From the human T2T-CHM13v2.0 reference genome, Homo sapiens, in NCBI RefSeq assembly GCF_009914755.1, contig NC_060930.1: a DNA stretch of 64,000 nt. The stretch is one strand, 5' to 3'. The notes below the pieces were generated by a model. The model worked only from the letters and a program-made list of their open reading frames with translations, had not been told where the DNA came from and ran no database searches. Position numbers and translations under genes: made by a program. Shown here in pieces: positions 45,690-59,082 of this stretch. Every line of letters starts with the position of its first letter. Positions within the stretch are counted from its first letter, which is position 1.

Positions 45690-46195
45690 TTATTGGGTAT
45701 TTATCCAAAAGAAATGAAAATATCCACAAAAAGACTTATATAAGAATTTTACACCACCATTATTTATAATAGCCACAAAGTGGAAAAGAAAAATCCAAAT
45801 GTCTATCAACATGTAAATACATAAACAGATTTTGGTATATTCATAATATAGAATATTACTCAGCAAAAAAGGAATGAACTACCTATGTATGCAAAAATAA
45901 GAATAGGGTTCTCTAAAACATGTTGAACAAAGAGAGGGACATAGAGTACGTACTCTATGATTTTGTTTATATGGAATTACGGAATAGGCACAGCTAAGCT
46001 ATAATGATAAAAACCAGAACACTGGTGGCCTCTAGGGAGCAACGGACTGGAAGGAGATATGGTAAGATTCTCTGTGTTGATGGAAATGTTTCAAATTTTG
46101 ATTTGAATATAATTACATAGAGGTATACATTTATCAAAACTCATTGAACAGCTTAGTTAAATCTGTGCATTTTTTTCTATGTAAATTATACCTCT
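45690..46195 (+). mobile_element. L1MB/MC/ME-type 3' end
   Basis: tgggtatttatccaaaagaaatgaaaa..tccacaaaaagact; tacatttatcaaaactcattgaac; tgtaaattatacctc. Confidence 0.8.
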
Positions 46196-46465
46196 ATTAG
46201 AACAGTCTCATCCAGTTAAAATATACAAGTAATAGTTTTAGGACACAATTAACATAATTTCACTGCTCCCAAAACTATCAGGATTTTACTATCTATATCG
46301 AGAATTACGTGCTAGCTTTCTAAAACACAACTTCTTTATTTGTTAGAGTATTTTGGCTGGAAAATATTTCTTCCCAGCAGGAAAAGAATATTCAATTTTA
46401 CTGTATTTGTATTAGTTATGTTTATTCAGTATTCAGGGATATTTTCAGTAGTTAAGAATTTTGGG

Positions 46466-46763
46466 GGCCTGGGCACAGTGACTCATGTCAGTAATCCCAA
46501 AACTTTGAAAGGCTGAGGTGAGAGAATCAGTGGAGCCCAGTAGTCCTAGACCAGTCCAGGCAACATAGCGAGACCTCGTCTCCACAAATAATAAAAATAT
46601 TAGCCACGCATGGTAGCACATGCCTGTGGTCCCAGTTTCTTGAGAGTCTGAGGTGGGAGAATTCCTTGAGCTGGGACAGTTGAGGCTGTGGTGAGCCATG
46701 ATTGCACTACTGCACTCCAGCCTGGGTGACAGAATGAGACCCCATCTCAAAATAAAAAAAAAA
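46466..46763 (+). mobile_element. AluJ
   Basis: Diverged dimer with J-type gaggctgtggtgagccatgattgc and A tail. Confidence 0.9.
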
Positions 46764-47830
46764 TTATTTGGGTCGGAGGAAGAGAACCCATTTCTGCAAA
46801 GATATAAACTTCGCTTAGGTCAAGTGTAAGATGCCACCTCACCTTTCTTTAGCCTCTACATACATTCAAAAGTTTGGGTTATTCTACCTTTGCCTGAAGG
46901 CTCTTTTCCTTGAGAGCTTCTTTCCCCCATTTAATTAAAAACTAATGCAAAAACCAACATATCCTTTTTCATAATATATTGGATTTTGCTTTTTAACTAG
47001 GACCTTGTGCAAGACTTACTGATATTTTTGGCTTGTCACCATAATAAAAAGTAGAGATAAAACATGGGTGACTCAGGAAAGCTCACTTCATTTTTTATTG
47101 TATGCTTACTTGTCTGTTTACTTGTTTTAATGTAACAGAGTGGTTTATCATCTATTTACTATAAAGTGATTTGTCCTCATTTCACAAATGCCTGCTCTTG
47201 GTGAAAAACTCCACAAATCTTTATAAATTTCATTTCCCAGCAAATATAAAGCATGAACCAGAAAGTACATTTCAATCAAACACTTGAAAACACTGACCTA
47301 GAGGAGCTCAGCACCTGGTGAATGGCCTCTGAGAGTGTTATTTGTTCTGCCCTGGTTACTGACTTGAGAGGTTACATGAGTGAGTAGTGAGTTGAAAGCA
47401 TCAGTCAAGACAGTCTTGTTTCTGAAGAAGCACCTGCTATATCTGTACCCCTGTATAAATGTCACTTATTTTTTTTTTTTTTGCCTATGAAGACTGTAAT
47501 GAGAATGGGGCTATTGATTGAAGCAAACTAATAGGACCCATAATCATCAGCTGTTAATATTAAGGTCCCAGATGGCTTGCGGGTTATACAAAAACATCTC
47601 ATGAAAGTGAGAATGTATCCTTATTGGATGGATAATTTGAAGAAGTACGATATATAATTGAGTAAATCCAAAGGGTGAAAAGTATGATTTTGAATTCCAG
47701 TACGCATTAAAAAAAGGTGAGGCTCAATCTTTACATCTTAAAATCTGATCTCATTCCTTAGTTTTATACATTTAGATTAAAGCTGATTTAGCGGATATTT
47801 TGCTATACAGGACCTGTGTTAACAGTTACA

Positions 47831-48290
47831 CAGCCAAGTGCCACAAAACAACATTTAGGTCATTGACAGTCCACATATATGACAGTGGTCTCATAAGATT
47901 AGTCATGCATTGCTTAACGACAAAGGTATGTTCTAAGAAATGCATCGTTAGGTGATTTCGTCACTGTGCAAACATCATAGAGTGTATTTACACAAACCTA
48001 AATGGTATAGCCTCCTACGCAGATGGTATAGCCTATTACTTCTAGGCTATAAACCTGTTTAACAGGTACTGAATACTGTAGGGAATTGTAACATAATGGT
48101 AAGTATTTGCGTATCTGAATGTGTCTGGGAAAGGTACAATAAAAATGCAGGATTATAATATTATGGGCCCACTATCATATATTTGGTCTGTCGTTGACTG
48201 AAACGTTGTTATGGGGTGCATGGCTGTATAATGGAGCTGCCCTATACAGGTGTACCATATTTTATCTTTTATACCACTGTATTTTTATTG
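47831..48290 (-). mobile_element. Tigger3 (MER7B-like) end fragment, host of a nested insertion
   Basis: cagccaagtgcc...cataagatta [insert] taatggagctgccctatacaggtgtacca is contiguous in the remembered MER7B/Tigger3 consensus. Confidence 0.75.
47901..48226 (+). mobile_element. Tigger3a (MER7A) DNA transposon, near full length
   Basis: TIRs (c)agtcatgcattgcttaacgac ... cgttgttatggggtgcatggctg, followed by TA; internal ttctaagaaatgcatcgttagg and ggtatagcct motifs. Confidence 0.88.
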
Positions 48291-51200
48291 CTGGCTGATT
48301 ATGAGAGCTTCTCATAGACCTCTAGCAATCTAAGCTCTTCTTCAACCTAAGCTGCTTTTTCCTGTCTTCAGTGTGTTAATACCATTACTTCTCTTCCCTC
48401 CAGACTTCTTTGAGATCTAATTCATTGCTAAATATGAGAGCATTTCTTGTCTGACTGTATTTTTTGAATGTCCTTTATTCTAATGCAGACCTTATTGCCT
48501 GTTGCCTCAGCTTCTGTAAAACAGAAAAATGGATTTTGTTGCCTTCTGTCTTCCTCTGCAATCTAGCAGTAAAGCACTTTCCTATAAACATTTCTTTAAG
48601 TGTAATTTGCATAGGAAATTACACTTAAAGCTCTTAGGAGAGCTTTCAATTGCTGATGTCAGCATGGCCTTTATTGATTGGCATTGAAGTTCCCTCACTA
48701 TGTATCCTCAACCAGTATTTTCTAAGCTATTTCCACTACTTCCTTACACATAATCTAAGAAATAAACAAGCTGAAAACATTTTTTCCTCTGGCATTCCAC
48801 AAACTTCCCTACCTCCACACCATTTATTCAACCTAAAACTCCATTCTCCGTCATTGCTGCCTAATAAAGTGCTTTGCCATCTCATGATCTGTCTCAAATG
48901 CCTCTTCATGTAGGCAGCATTTAAAATAAGGATAGAAAGATAGGTAGTTTTTTCGTCTTAATTATCAGGTATGTGTGTACCCAGGTGACCACCTGTTGGA
49001 TAGTATTTTAATGGTGGAAATGGAGCAGCAAAGTATTTTCTGAATCTCCAGTTTTCCTCCATCTGTCATTTGGAATTCTGTAACAATTCATACTTATTCT
49101 ATGTCTTGTTGCCATATTGTGTTTTATGATTATTAATATGTTTCTATTTTTCCCTTATTGTTAGTGCCTACAGGTAGGGAGTATATCTTCTTTATTTTTG
49201 GATTCTGCCCAAAACTAAGAAAGTATAGGTACTGCAACGGGAATGAAGTAAAGCCCATTATTAGAAGGGAGACATTTATAATTAAGGCAACGTATCCACT
49301 CTTCAGTTTGATGTGAAGGGCAGAGAAACTATGTTGTAAACAAATAGAATGAGGCACAACCATGCATTTTAGTTACATTGGGAGCATATTTACTTGGATT
49401 ATTTAGAATGCTACAAATCCTCGTAGCTCATTCTGCATTTCAGTCATTTTGTCTCTTGCTGTATACCTAAAAAGTACATAGGATTTAAGAAAACCTTCCC
49501 AAGCAGTTGGTAACATAAGAACTTTGGACTTACAGACAATATGTCTAAAAGGCCATGAAGTTTACATCTTCCTGTCTTTTCTTGACCCAACAATCCCTGT
49601 GGTAGGTTTGTGCTCCAGCATAGCCCTCCACTGTAATCACCTTCCTCCGGGTTCCCATAGGAGAGAAGTGCTAGAGCTTCCACCAAGCTCCACCTTCCTA
49701 TTCTTTACATCTCCCACGAGGCTTGTAGCTTAGCAGAATCTTGGGCTGAGGCTCCACGGTATTAACTGGATTTAGGATTAATTTTGTTTTAGCTATATTA
49801 TGAGTTGGCCTGGGATTTTAACTGAATTTTATAATGTTATTTCCATGGGAAAAAGAATTCTAAAATCCAAACAACCAATTTGGAGCTTATTTTTTGCAAT
49901 ATAATGAATTGTATGTTTTGGATTTTTGACATTTTAAAGACCAAATATTTCTACATTTATTGTATCTGTGCCCTGTTCTTTAAAATCAAAATACCTGTAA
50001 CCATAGCTGTATTCAATGAATTATTTAGAAACATGATATAGTTTCAAACTTTTACTAATTTATCTGATATGCTTCCATTTAAATGAATATTTGTAGATTT
50101 TTTTAAAAAAGGAGTTATCTTAGAATTAGTGGATTTATTATACTAAAATTAAATGTAGGTGTTTGATTTTTAAAAATAGTCTCTGCTGTAATCATCCAGG
50201 AAGATAATGTACTTTTGATTAATTACTAAGAGGATTACCTAAGAATATAATTCAGTAGCAAATGCTTCACACATGAAGATATTCATTTAAAACTATGTAA
50301 GGTAGAAAAAAAACCCACCTAAAATCTCAGTAATACAGAATAATTTTATGAATTATGGCAAAATGACTATAATTATAATGTAGAAATACAGGTAGGTTTA
50401 GTATAATAAAATATTAATACTAAATACTATGTTTGCAAAATATGCATGCCTGTAAAAAACTAGTAGATAGTATGCAAATATTAACATAGTGATGAGAGAG
50501 TTAATAATAGTTTTATTTTTTTCCAAATATGTCTTCAAAATAATTCTACTTGACTTTAAACACGTTGTTTCTGGAACAATTCATGTACACGGATTTAAAG
50601 TGGGATACATCAAAACAAATTCAAAACTTTATTGTTTCTCTGCATGTCCTCCCAGCAAAAAAAAAAAAAGATTTTTCTTAATAAGTGATTTCTAGTTGTG
50701 TTTCCCTTTCCTTTCTGCAAAATTGTGAATTTTCAAAACTCCCATACAAAAAGAAATGGTAATGAAAAATTAACTAGAATTTTAGAAAGATAATTGGCAT
50801 ATCTTGCTGGACCTAATTATTTACAATATACAATAGTGATCGTGAGTTTTCAGACTCTTGGCTTTTTTTTTTTTGGTTTCTTTGGTCTTGAATATGGTTC
50901 AAGATGAGTGTCACACTGAATACCAACTCCTTGTACAGAACAGAGTTTTGTTCTTATGTACCCCTTGACTGTTCATTGTTCTTTTAAATTAATGGTGTGA
51001 GAACAAACTCATTCTATGAGACTGAGATCATCTGTTATCAAAACTCCGTTATTAGGTGGAGACAGATAAATCATGGCTGAAGTGATCACAGAAGCATCTG
51101 TGGAAAGAGTCATGCAGTCATGTTAAGTGAGGGTTAAGGGTGTGTGTATGTGTGTGGAGGGGCATGAGTGATTAGCTGGCTCTGAACCCTTTTTGTAGAC

Positions 51201-52443
51201 TTGTGGGATTTATATTTGCATACATTTGCTTTTTATTTGAAAATCTTTTTACTTTAAGAATCCTTTTAAGATTAATTGACACAGATCATTCTTTCAGAAA
51301 CTGATGGCATCCAGAAAACGTTTAGTACATGATTTAATGATTTAGTACCAAATCATGGGTATTGTGAAAGTACCCAAGATAATTTCTCATCTTGGTCTGA
51401 TTATGAAAGACTAGTATTCCATCTTGCTCCAGTACTTTGTTTGGGTGTGTATGCTTTATTAATTAAGTTGTTTTTAGATGTAATGCAGTTGTCAGTGGGG
51501 TAATATGACTTTTCTAAAAATGTTTTAATTTTTAAAGCCTCATAAAATAAAGAATGAGGCAAATGAACCATAGATTTAACTTAATGATAGGCAAAAAGAT
51601 AAAAAGAGGAATTCATTAAAAAAAAAAAGTCTTTGGGGACTAGGAGGAACTGGAAGTACCATAACAGCAACTTTCTGTGTAAACTGGAAAATCTTCTCAT
51701 TCAAACTTAACACATGGAGTTCACCGTCTATATTAGGAAATGTTTTGGAACACAGTGTGAAAATCAGCTGTAGCAAGAAACAGATTTTAATTAATACAGA
51801 CATAGAGTAAACCTCTGAGGCTGAACATCGTTATTCAATTCAGTTGGAAGATAAGCTACTAGATATTTATAGGAAATGTGTATTATCATTTCCCTCATTG
51901 TGTAGCACCAGAACTCTTCTACCTGCACCTGATGGCTTCTTACCTGTCATCATTCCACTTCCCTTTCTCTGCAAGAGTATTATGTAACCAATCTTTATTC
52001 ATCCTATTTGGGAAGTCAGCTATTTCTATAAAGGGTAAGCTCTTTATCAGTTTTTTCACTGAATTCCCTTCCATTTACTCCTCCACTTTTTTACAAATCT
52101 TTTGAGTTGAAATATGCCTCCATGACTCATTGTAATGATCAGTAATCATAAACTAGTGTTAACATTTAATTTTTTTGAAAGAAAACAAGAATCCTACATT
52201 TTGAGATTAAATCAAATTTGATCAATATCTCAATAATGTTACTTTATTTTGCATATTGTTTCTTGGTGTGTAATTTTTTTTTCAGTTACTTCATCAGATT
52301 CTTACAATTTCTCCCTCCTTCCCAAAAGGCAAAAGAATTATTTTTCCTACGTTACAGATAAGGAGACCAAAGTTAGGAATACTTAAGTGCCAGCCCTATG
52401 GGAAAACAGAAACAAAACAGAACGCAGTTCTTCAGACTCTTAG

Positions 52444-52863
<420 letters not shown>

Positions 52864-52997
52864 TGATTCCATTTCTTTCATCTTGATAGCCAGGAGTCAG
52901 GTTGTGTTTTTTAAATCTAATTATAGTTCAGTAATTGTACTCAACAAAATTTCTTCTATTATGTTTCAATTATAAGTATTGCCAGAGAGTTTTATAC

Positions 52998-53183
52998 CAG
53001 TGGTTTTTCAAGTGAAGTCTGGTCTTGGAACCAACAGTAGAGTATCACCAGGGAATGCCATAGAAATGCAAATCCTTGGGCGTCATTACAGACCTACTGA
53101 GTCAGAAAGTCTGGGGTAGCGCTCATTGACTTGTGTTTGCCCAAGCTTTCCAGGTGATTTCGATGTTAGCTAAAATTGGACTG
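52998..53183. mobile_element. MER5A (hAT-Charlie) element
   Basis: cagtggtttttcaa...tagaaatgcaaatccttggg..cagacctactgagtcagaaa..ctgggg..ccaggtgatt. Confidence 0.85.
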
Positions 53184-54461
53184 TTTTAAACTCTTAATCG
53201 ATGAAATTGACATTGAGGTAAATTGTAGTTTAATTTTTGTCCTGAGCTACCTAAAAAGTCTGTCCAGCATTTATAATATTTTTCTTACTTATATCCACAT
53301 CCCCACATTGGCTCCCTGAGATGGTAGTAGAGTATAATGGTTCAGTGTGTGGGCTCTGAAGATGAACTGTAAGTTGGAATACTGGTGTTATTACTTACAC
53401 TTCATATGGGCCCTGGAAAAGTTACTTCTCTGTGAAATGCAGTCATGGTACTTCCTGCCTTCTGAGGTCTTTGTGATAATTAAATAAGTAAAATGTTAGC
53501 TATAGTTGTTATTATTTAGCACAGTTATTTGCACAATGAATCATGAAGTATTGTTTTGGAAAGTAATATTTTAAGTTTCAACCAAGGACTTTAAAAATGA
53601 ACTTTTGGGGAGACAACCAATTTGGGAGAGTTTCTGGGGTAATATATAATCTTCATGGCTCATTAGCCATATTTTTTCCTTTCTGAGTGTTGTTTGCAAT
53701 TTCATTTTAATAATTTATTAGTAACTAAAAGTAGCTATAAAGAAGACATTTATGCCAAAATATTTGAAGGTTATTTTCTTCATTTTTCTCTAATATTTTC
53801 ACTTTTGAAAGGGAAGAAAATAATTGTATAAGCATCAGCCATCTTCTGCAGCCTTTTGCATCTATTTTGTTACCTTACGAGATCATCACAGTCCTTACTA
53901 AAACAAAAATTGTCACAACGTGAGTGAATTTAATATAAACTAGCATTTCCCCCTTCCCTTAGTGAATAATCATTGTTTGTAGAAAAAGCTCCCATCATTG
54001 AGTCATGTTTGTGATCAACACAAAGGGTAAATGAAAGGACCTTAGAGTGGTGAATAGGTATTCCTGCCTTGAGGGTTTCTTTTTCATTTAAACATTGGTG
54101 TACAAATACTTCAGTAGCTAATGCATTCTTGGTTACTCCTTAAGATATCTTATTCTTCTCTAAGTTTTTCTAATTGCAGTGCAATGACAACAGTCACATA
54201 TCTGCCACTTATAGGAAGGGAGTAGAAAAGGAGGAGGCTGGGAAGACAGCTGTGTAAAGGTGAGATACGTGAGCACTGATGAACTTCACTCTCCACTGCA
54301 GCCCATATATAGCCTGCAGTTGTGTGCTTCTTTATTTTAGTCTCTACTAGGCTCTGGCAAGGAAAACAACATATTCTGCTGGAAGAAATTTTTCATTTGC
54401 CACTGCAATTTTTTTTTTTTGCCACTGCAATTTTTTTTAAAAGGGAGAGGTTAAGAATTAG

Positions 54462-54701
54462 GTGGTATTTGGTTTTCTGTTCGTGTGTTAGTTTACTAAG
54501 GATAATGGCCTCCAGCTCCATCCATGTCCCTCCAAAGGACATGATCTCGTTCTTTTTAATGGCTGCATTGGATCAGGAAAAATAACTAATGGGCTTAATA
54601 CCTGGCTGATGAAATAATCTGTACAGCAAACCCCCGTGACCCAAATTTACCTGTGTAACAAACCTGCACATGTACTCCTGAACTTACAAGTTAAAAAAAA
54701 A
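54462..54701 (+). mobile_element. L1PA (about PA12-14) 3' end with 5' inversion
   Basis: Antisense L1 54462-54568 joined to sense 3'UTR 54570-54701 (ggatcaggaaaaataactaatggg..aacctgcacatgtac..A tail). Confidence 0.85.
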
Positions 54702-57700
54702 TGAAATAAAATGTGGAAAAAAAATTCGGTGGTGAAAACATTTTTTTCTTGATGTTATTCTCAGCCAAACAAGCTCATGCAAGCCGGAAAGATGTGGGAG
54801 TAAATATGGCAATGCCATTCATTAATCATGAAAACCATATTAAGGAAAGGGCTTCCCCTAACCCTCAATGTAATATACTAGGTCACCAGATCCATTTTTA
54901 GATTCAGAGATTTCTGTTCTCTGTTCAGAATCAAGAAACAGATGATGTATTACAGTTTTGCCTTTCCCTTCAGGAAGAGGAATAAAATATGCTTGAGAAG
55001 AAGATGGATTTGATTTTCTATAACCTTATAGTATGGAATGCATTTAGTGGGCTGAAAGTTGCAAATATTGTATATGCCTTTTCCCCTGATTGTCATTAAT
55101 TTGGGGTTTTGAGGAGGAGGAATTTACAACTTACTCTTTCCATTTTCAAAACCAGAGTATAAAAACATGCTCTTTCGACCTTGAAAAATTGATTTTCAAT
55201 TTATTATACATCAGAGGAACTATAGCCAATATTTTTAGAGTATATAATTCTTTCCCATGTAAACAAATTCAGAATTGTTTCTTTAAAAAAAAAGCTTTTT
55301 AAGCTTCATTTATATAACTGGACTTGAGGAACAGTTTTTCTATGGGAACTCAGAAGCAAAACTTGCCTTTGCCTGAAGTCACCGACTGGGGCCCAGGGAA
55401 GCCAAAGCTCCTTTGGAGTTGAGGTCAGACATGGCTGTATGTGACATGGACATTCTATGGAATACAGCAGGGTAGAAAAGAGTTAAAAAAAAAAAAAACT
55501 ATCAAACTAGTGTTTTTCAGTTGTCCTGGACTTTTTAGTGTTTCCCCACTAAGGTCTAACCTTTGCCATCTGTATGCTTTTAGATCTGAGAAGATATGCT
55601 GCCTCTTTTTTTTCACTGCCCCTCCCCTCTGAATCTTATGGCTCCTTTAAAGTGTATAGTTCAAAGAAAAGCCACAGTGAAAAGAGCTGTGTCTTTTTAG
55701 GCCTAGTGAGACATATCCTGCAGCCCATGGGCTTTGTGTGAGGCTTTCTGTGATCTCATCTTGCAGAGTCAGAAATGAAAAGAGATTCTTCTGTTCTGTG
55801 TCTGTCGGTATAATCATCATGCTGTATGACGAAAATGCAGTGGGAACCCAGCAATGACATGACCCTCTGAAAAGGGTACTTTAAAAAACTTTTTAGAAAT
55901 ATTGTTAACTTGATCTCATTTTGCTTTCCTTGATGAAAATAGTCCTGAAATGCAGTGTTATTTACAGAATGTAGATCTAGATTGTTACTTTTTTAAAAGC
56001 AAAAATATTGATTACTGTTGGCAGTGTTAATGGAATAGAATAATGAAAACTATTGCCTTCTCTGTTTTTTTTGTAAACGCTCTTTTTTTGTTTAGTGTAT
56101 TTGTGACTAAGTAGGAAAATACGTGTCACTGCTTGCTAGCACCCCCTCACTCCCCTCATTAACTAATCATTTTCATTCACAGCTTGTGGAATTTGGCATG
56201 TTTTCATGTTAACTTTTTTGTCTAGTCATTAGGCCATCTTTTAGTGAGATGCAAATAAATGTTATCTCAGAAAAGTTAACTGTATTTTTATTAATTCGGT
56301 ACCATATTGGTATTTTGCAGTAATAACAGCTTTATAATGGGACAATTAAATACAGATCATTAGGTTTTTAGAGTAATATGCTGTTAAATCTAAAATACAT
56401 ATCATTGATACTTCAGAAAAAGAGAAACCATATATAAATATAGGAATGGCTCACAATTCTTCTTAAAGTAGATGGAATGGGATTTAAGATCACAATATAG
56501 GTGGCCGCCCCTTTTCGATCACTGTAAAATAACTATACATATGTAGTATATTATTGGTTCTTTTAGTTGTGAAAGATTCGAATACTGAATGTTTGCAGCA
56601 GAGAGGCTGACTTACCACATAGTGATGAGTAGGTAGAAAGTCCTAGCATATTAGTGATACCTCTTCTAATTTAATTCACAGAGAAACTTAAGCATATTTA
56701 GGTATTAGGTGTCTTTACATAGACATTGAAAGTTTTTTATTTTTAATTATTAAAGTAAATTTTGTAAATTTCTGGCTTGAGACCTCAGTTGGCTCTCTGT
56801 TCTCCACTAAATTCGAATTTTTTAACTAGCATGTTTTTTGCTTTTTTTTTTTTTGTGAAGGAAGTCTGGGTTAAGCAGAGTTGACGTTCTGCTGGCTTAG
56901 ATAATGAGCCACCTCATTCCAAGGCAGTTTCTCTAGGAAATGATTTCCCTTTCTTATAAATCTTGCCATGGGGCTTGGATGTCATGTGGACATAAAACAT
57001 TATTACTTACCACGCCAAAAATGATAGCTTTTGCAAGAGAGACACAATATAGTAGATTGTGTTTATCTTTTAGACATCTATTGTTATCTTTGGGATTTTA
57101 AGTTAGTGAAAATACCCTTCGGCCTTCATCCTCCCAAGCAACAAGTAAAGGACCATAATATGGGCTGAAGGATCGTGGCAGTAAGAACAAGCCAGGAGGA
57201 GTTCTTGAATCTTCCAGGTAAGGGCTTCTGTCAGACGCCTGGAAAGTTAAGCACATGGAAGTGCTAGTGTGCAGTTTAGTTATCATCCTAGCCTAAGTAC
57301 ACTAGGAAATATACTGAGCGTAAAAATAGCTTGGCAGTTACTGACTGAGAATTATTTGAACTGTTGCAAAAGCTAGAGTGGAGATGGTCACAGGTTTCCA
57401 TTATTGAAATGGTGATTGAAATGGTGATAAGTGTGGAAAAGTATAATCCTGTCATGTGCCTTACATTTCAGAGCAAAGAGAATATATGATGCAAGTCTTG
57501 ATTGAGACAGTATTAAATTATTTTCTTGCTTGAATTTGTCAGTCAGTGACTCAGTTTGATTTGTCATTCAAACTCCTCTAGGGGACAGAATGGGAGACCC
57601 AGATGGTTAGAAAAAGAGCACTGTCTGTATGATGACTCCTTTGTTTTAACTCATCACCAAGCATATTTGTTGGTTTTTCAGGGTTATATCCCCTCTGACC

Positions 57701-57870
57701 CATTGTACTATTTCCCTAAGAGTTTACATATAACATTAGGATCACAAGGTATGGCAGACCTGGACTATCAGCTTGTTTTTCTTATTGATATTAATGTGTG
57801 GTGTAGTGAAGACTGAATGTTGCAGTCAGGCAGAATGGAGATGTAATCTCACTTTCATCACTTAAAAAAG

Positions 57871-57998
57871 TTTTTTTTAGTAGATATAAGGTCTCACTGT
57901 GTTGCCCACGCTAGGCTTCAACTACTGGGCTCAAGCAATCCTCCTGCCTTGGCCACCAAAAATGCTGGGATTACAGGCATGAGTCATCATGCCCGGCC
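57871..57998 (-). mobile_element. FLAM_C-like left-arm Alu monomer inserted in a MIR
   Basis: ~128-bp left monomer; TSD ac(t/c)ttcatcactt at 57851-57863 and 57999-58011; MIR text on both flanks. Confidence 0.85.
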
Positions 57999-58859
57999 AC
58001 CTTCATCACTTTTGAGCTTCAAGGTCTGAGAATCTGGAAATATTACTTAGGGTTCTTATCTTTTCAAGATGAGATCAATAATACCTACTTCACACTCTGG
58101 TGAGGCTGAAACAATACAATAGATATCCATGTCCCTGGTACATTGTAATTTATTATTATTGAGAGATGAGGAAATTGAATCACAGAGAAGTTAATGGATT
58201 TGTCCATCATCACATTAGCACTAAGTGGCAGGGAAGGACTTTAATTCCGGCCTTCTGTCTCTAATCCTATGGCTTGTCCACACTGTCATTGCTCTTAATT
58301 CAAATATATTTTGGTGAATAAAATCTTTTACCAGGGATGGTATGTGGTGTAAATTACCACTGATAAATGATATCAGATTTTTGTCTGAAGGAAGAAAGTC
58401 GGTTTTCCAACAAATGAATGGATATGGCATCTGTTTTATGATAGTTTCAGGATGTTTCCAAGGTTTACCCCAAGATATGAATGTTCAACTTGAAATTCTA
58501 GAAATATGATCATTAATGGAAATACAAAGTTCTTAGACAAAAGATGGAAGAAATAATTCAGGAAGGAAGCTAAGAAGAATAACATTTCACATAAAAAGCA
58601 GGGAATCAAAAACAGTGTTTGGCTAAAGGAAAAAGGTGGTAAAGACAAGAGAAGGAAAAACAAAACTACTCCACATTGCCAGATATATTACACTTGTTAA
58701 CACTAGGGAATCCAGGCTATCTATACCATCCTATGCCCCCTAAAACCATGAAGTGAATTTGCAAACATTAACAGATTATAGAAGTGCTGTTACCTAACTC
58801 TCCACACGTAGCAGAAGCCCAAGTGCCTGTAGAGTTAGAGCTGGGAGTTATGAGGAAAA

Positions 58860-59082
58860 GCTACAGGAAGTATGTCTTGGCCCAGAATAAGGAAGAACTT
58901 TCTGACAATAAGATGTGCCAACAGTGGAATGGCTTTTTCCCCAAAGTAATGAGCTTCCTGTCACTGGAGAGTCAGGTAGCTGCTAGAAGATTGGCAGGGT
59001 TGCAATCAAGGGTCTCTAGCATGAGGTCAGAGTTTGAATCGGGTGAACCTGAAGGTCCCTTACCAAGATTTTGTGATTCTAT
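58860..59082 (+). mobile_element. CR1/L3 3' fragment
   Basis: ataaggaagaactttctgacaat..aacagtggaatggct..gtaatgagcttcctgtcactgga; aaggtcccttacca..ttgtgattctatga. Confidence 0.6.
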
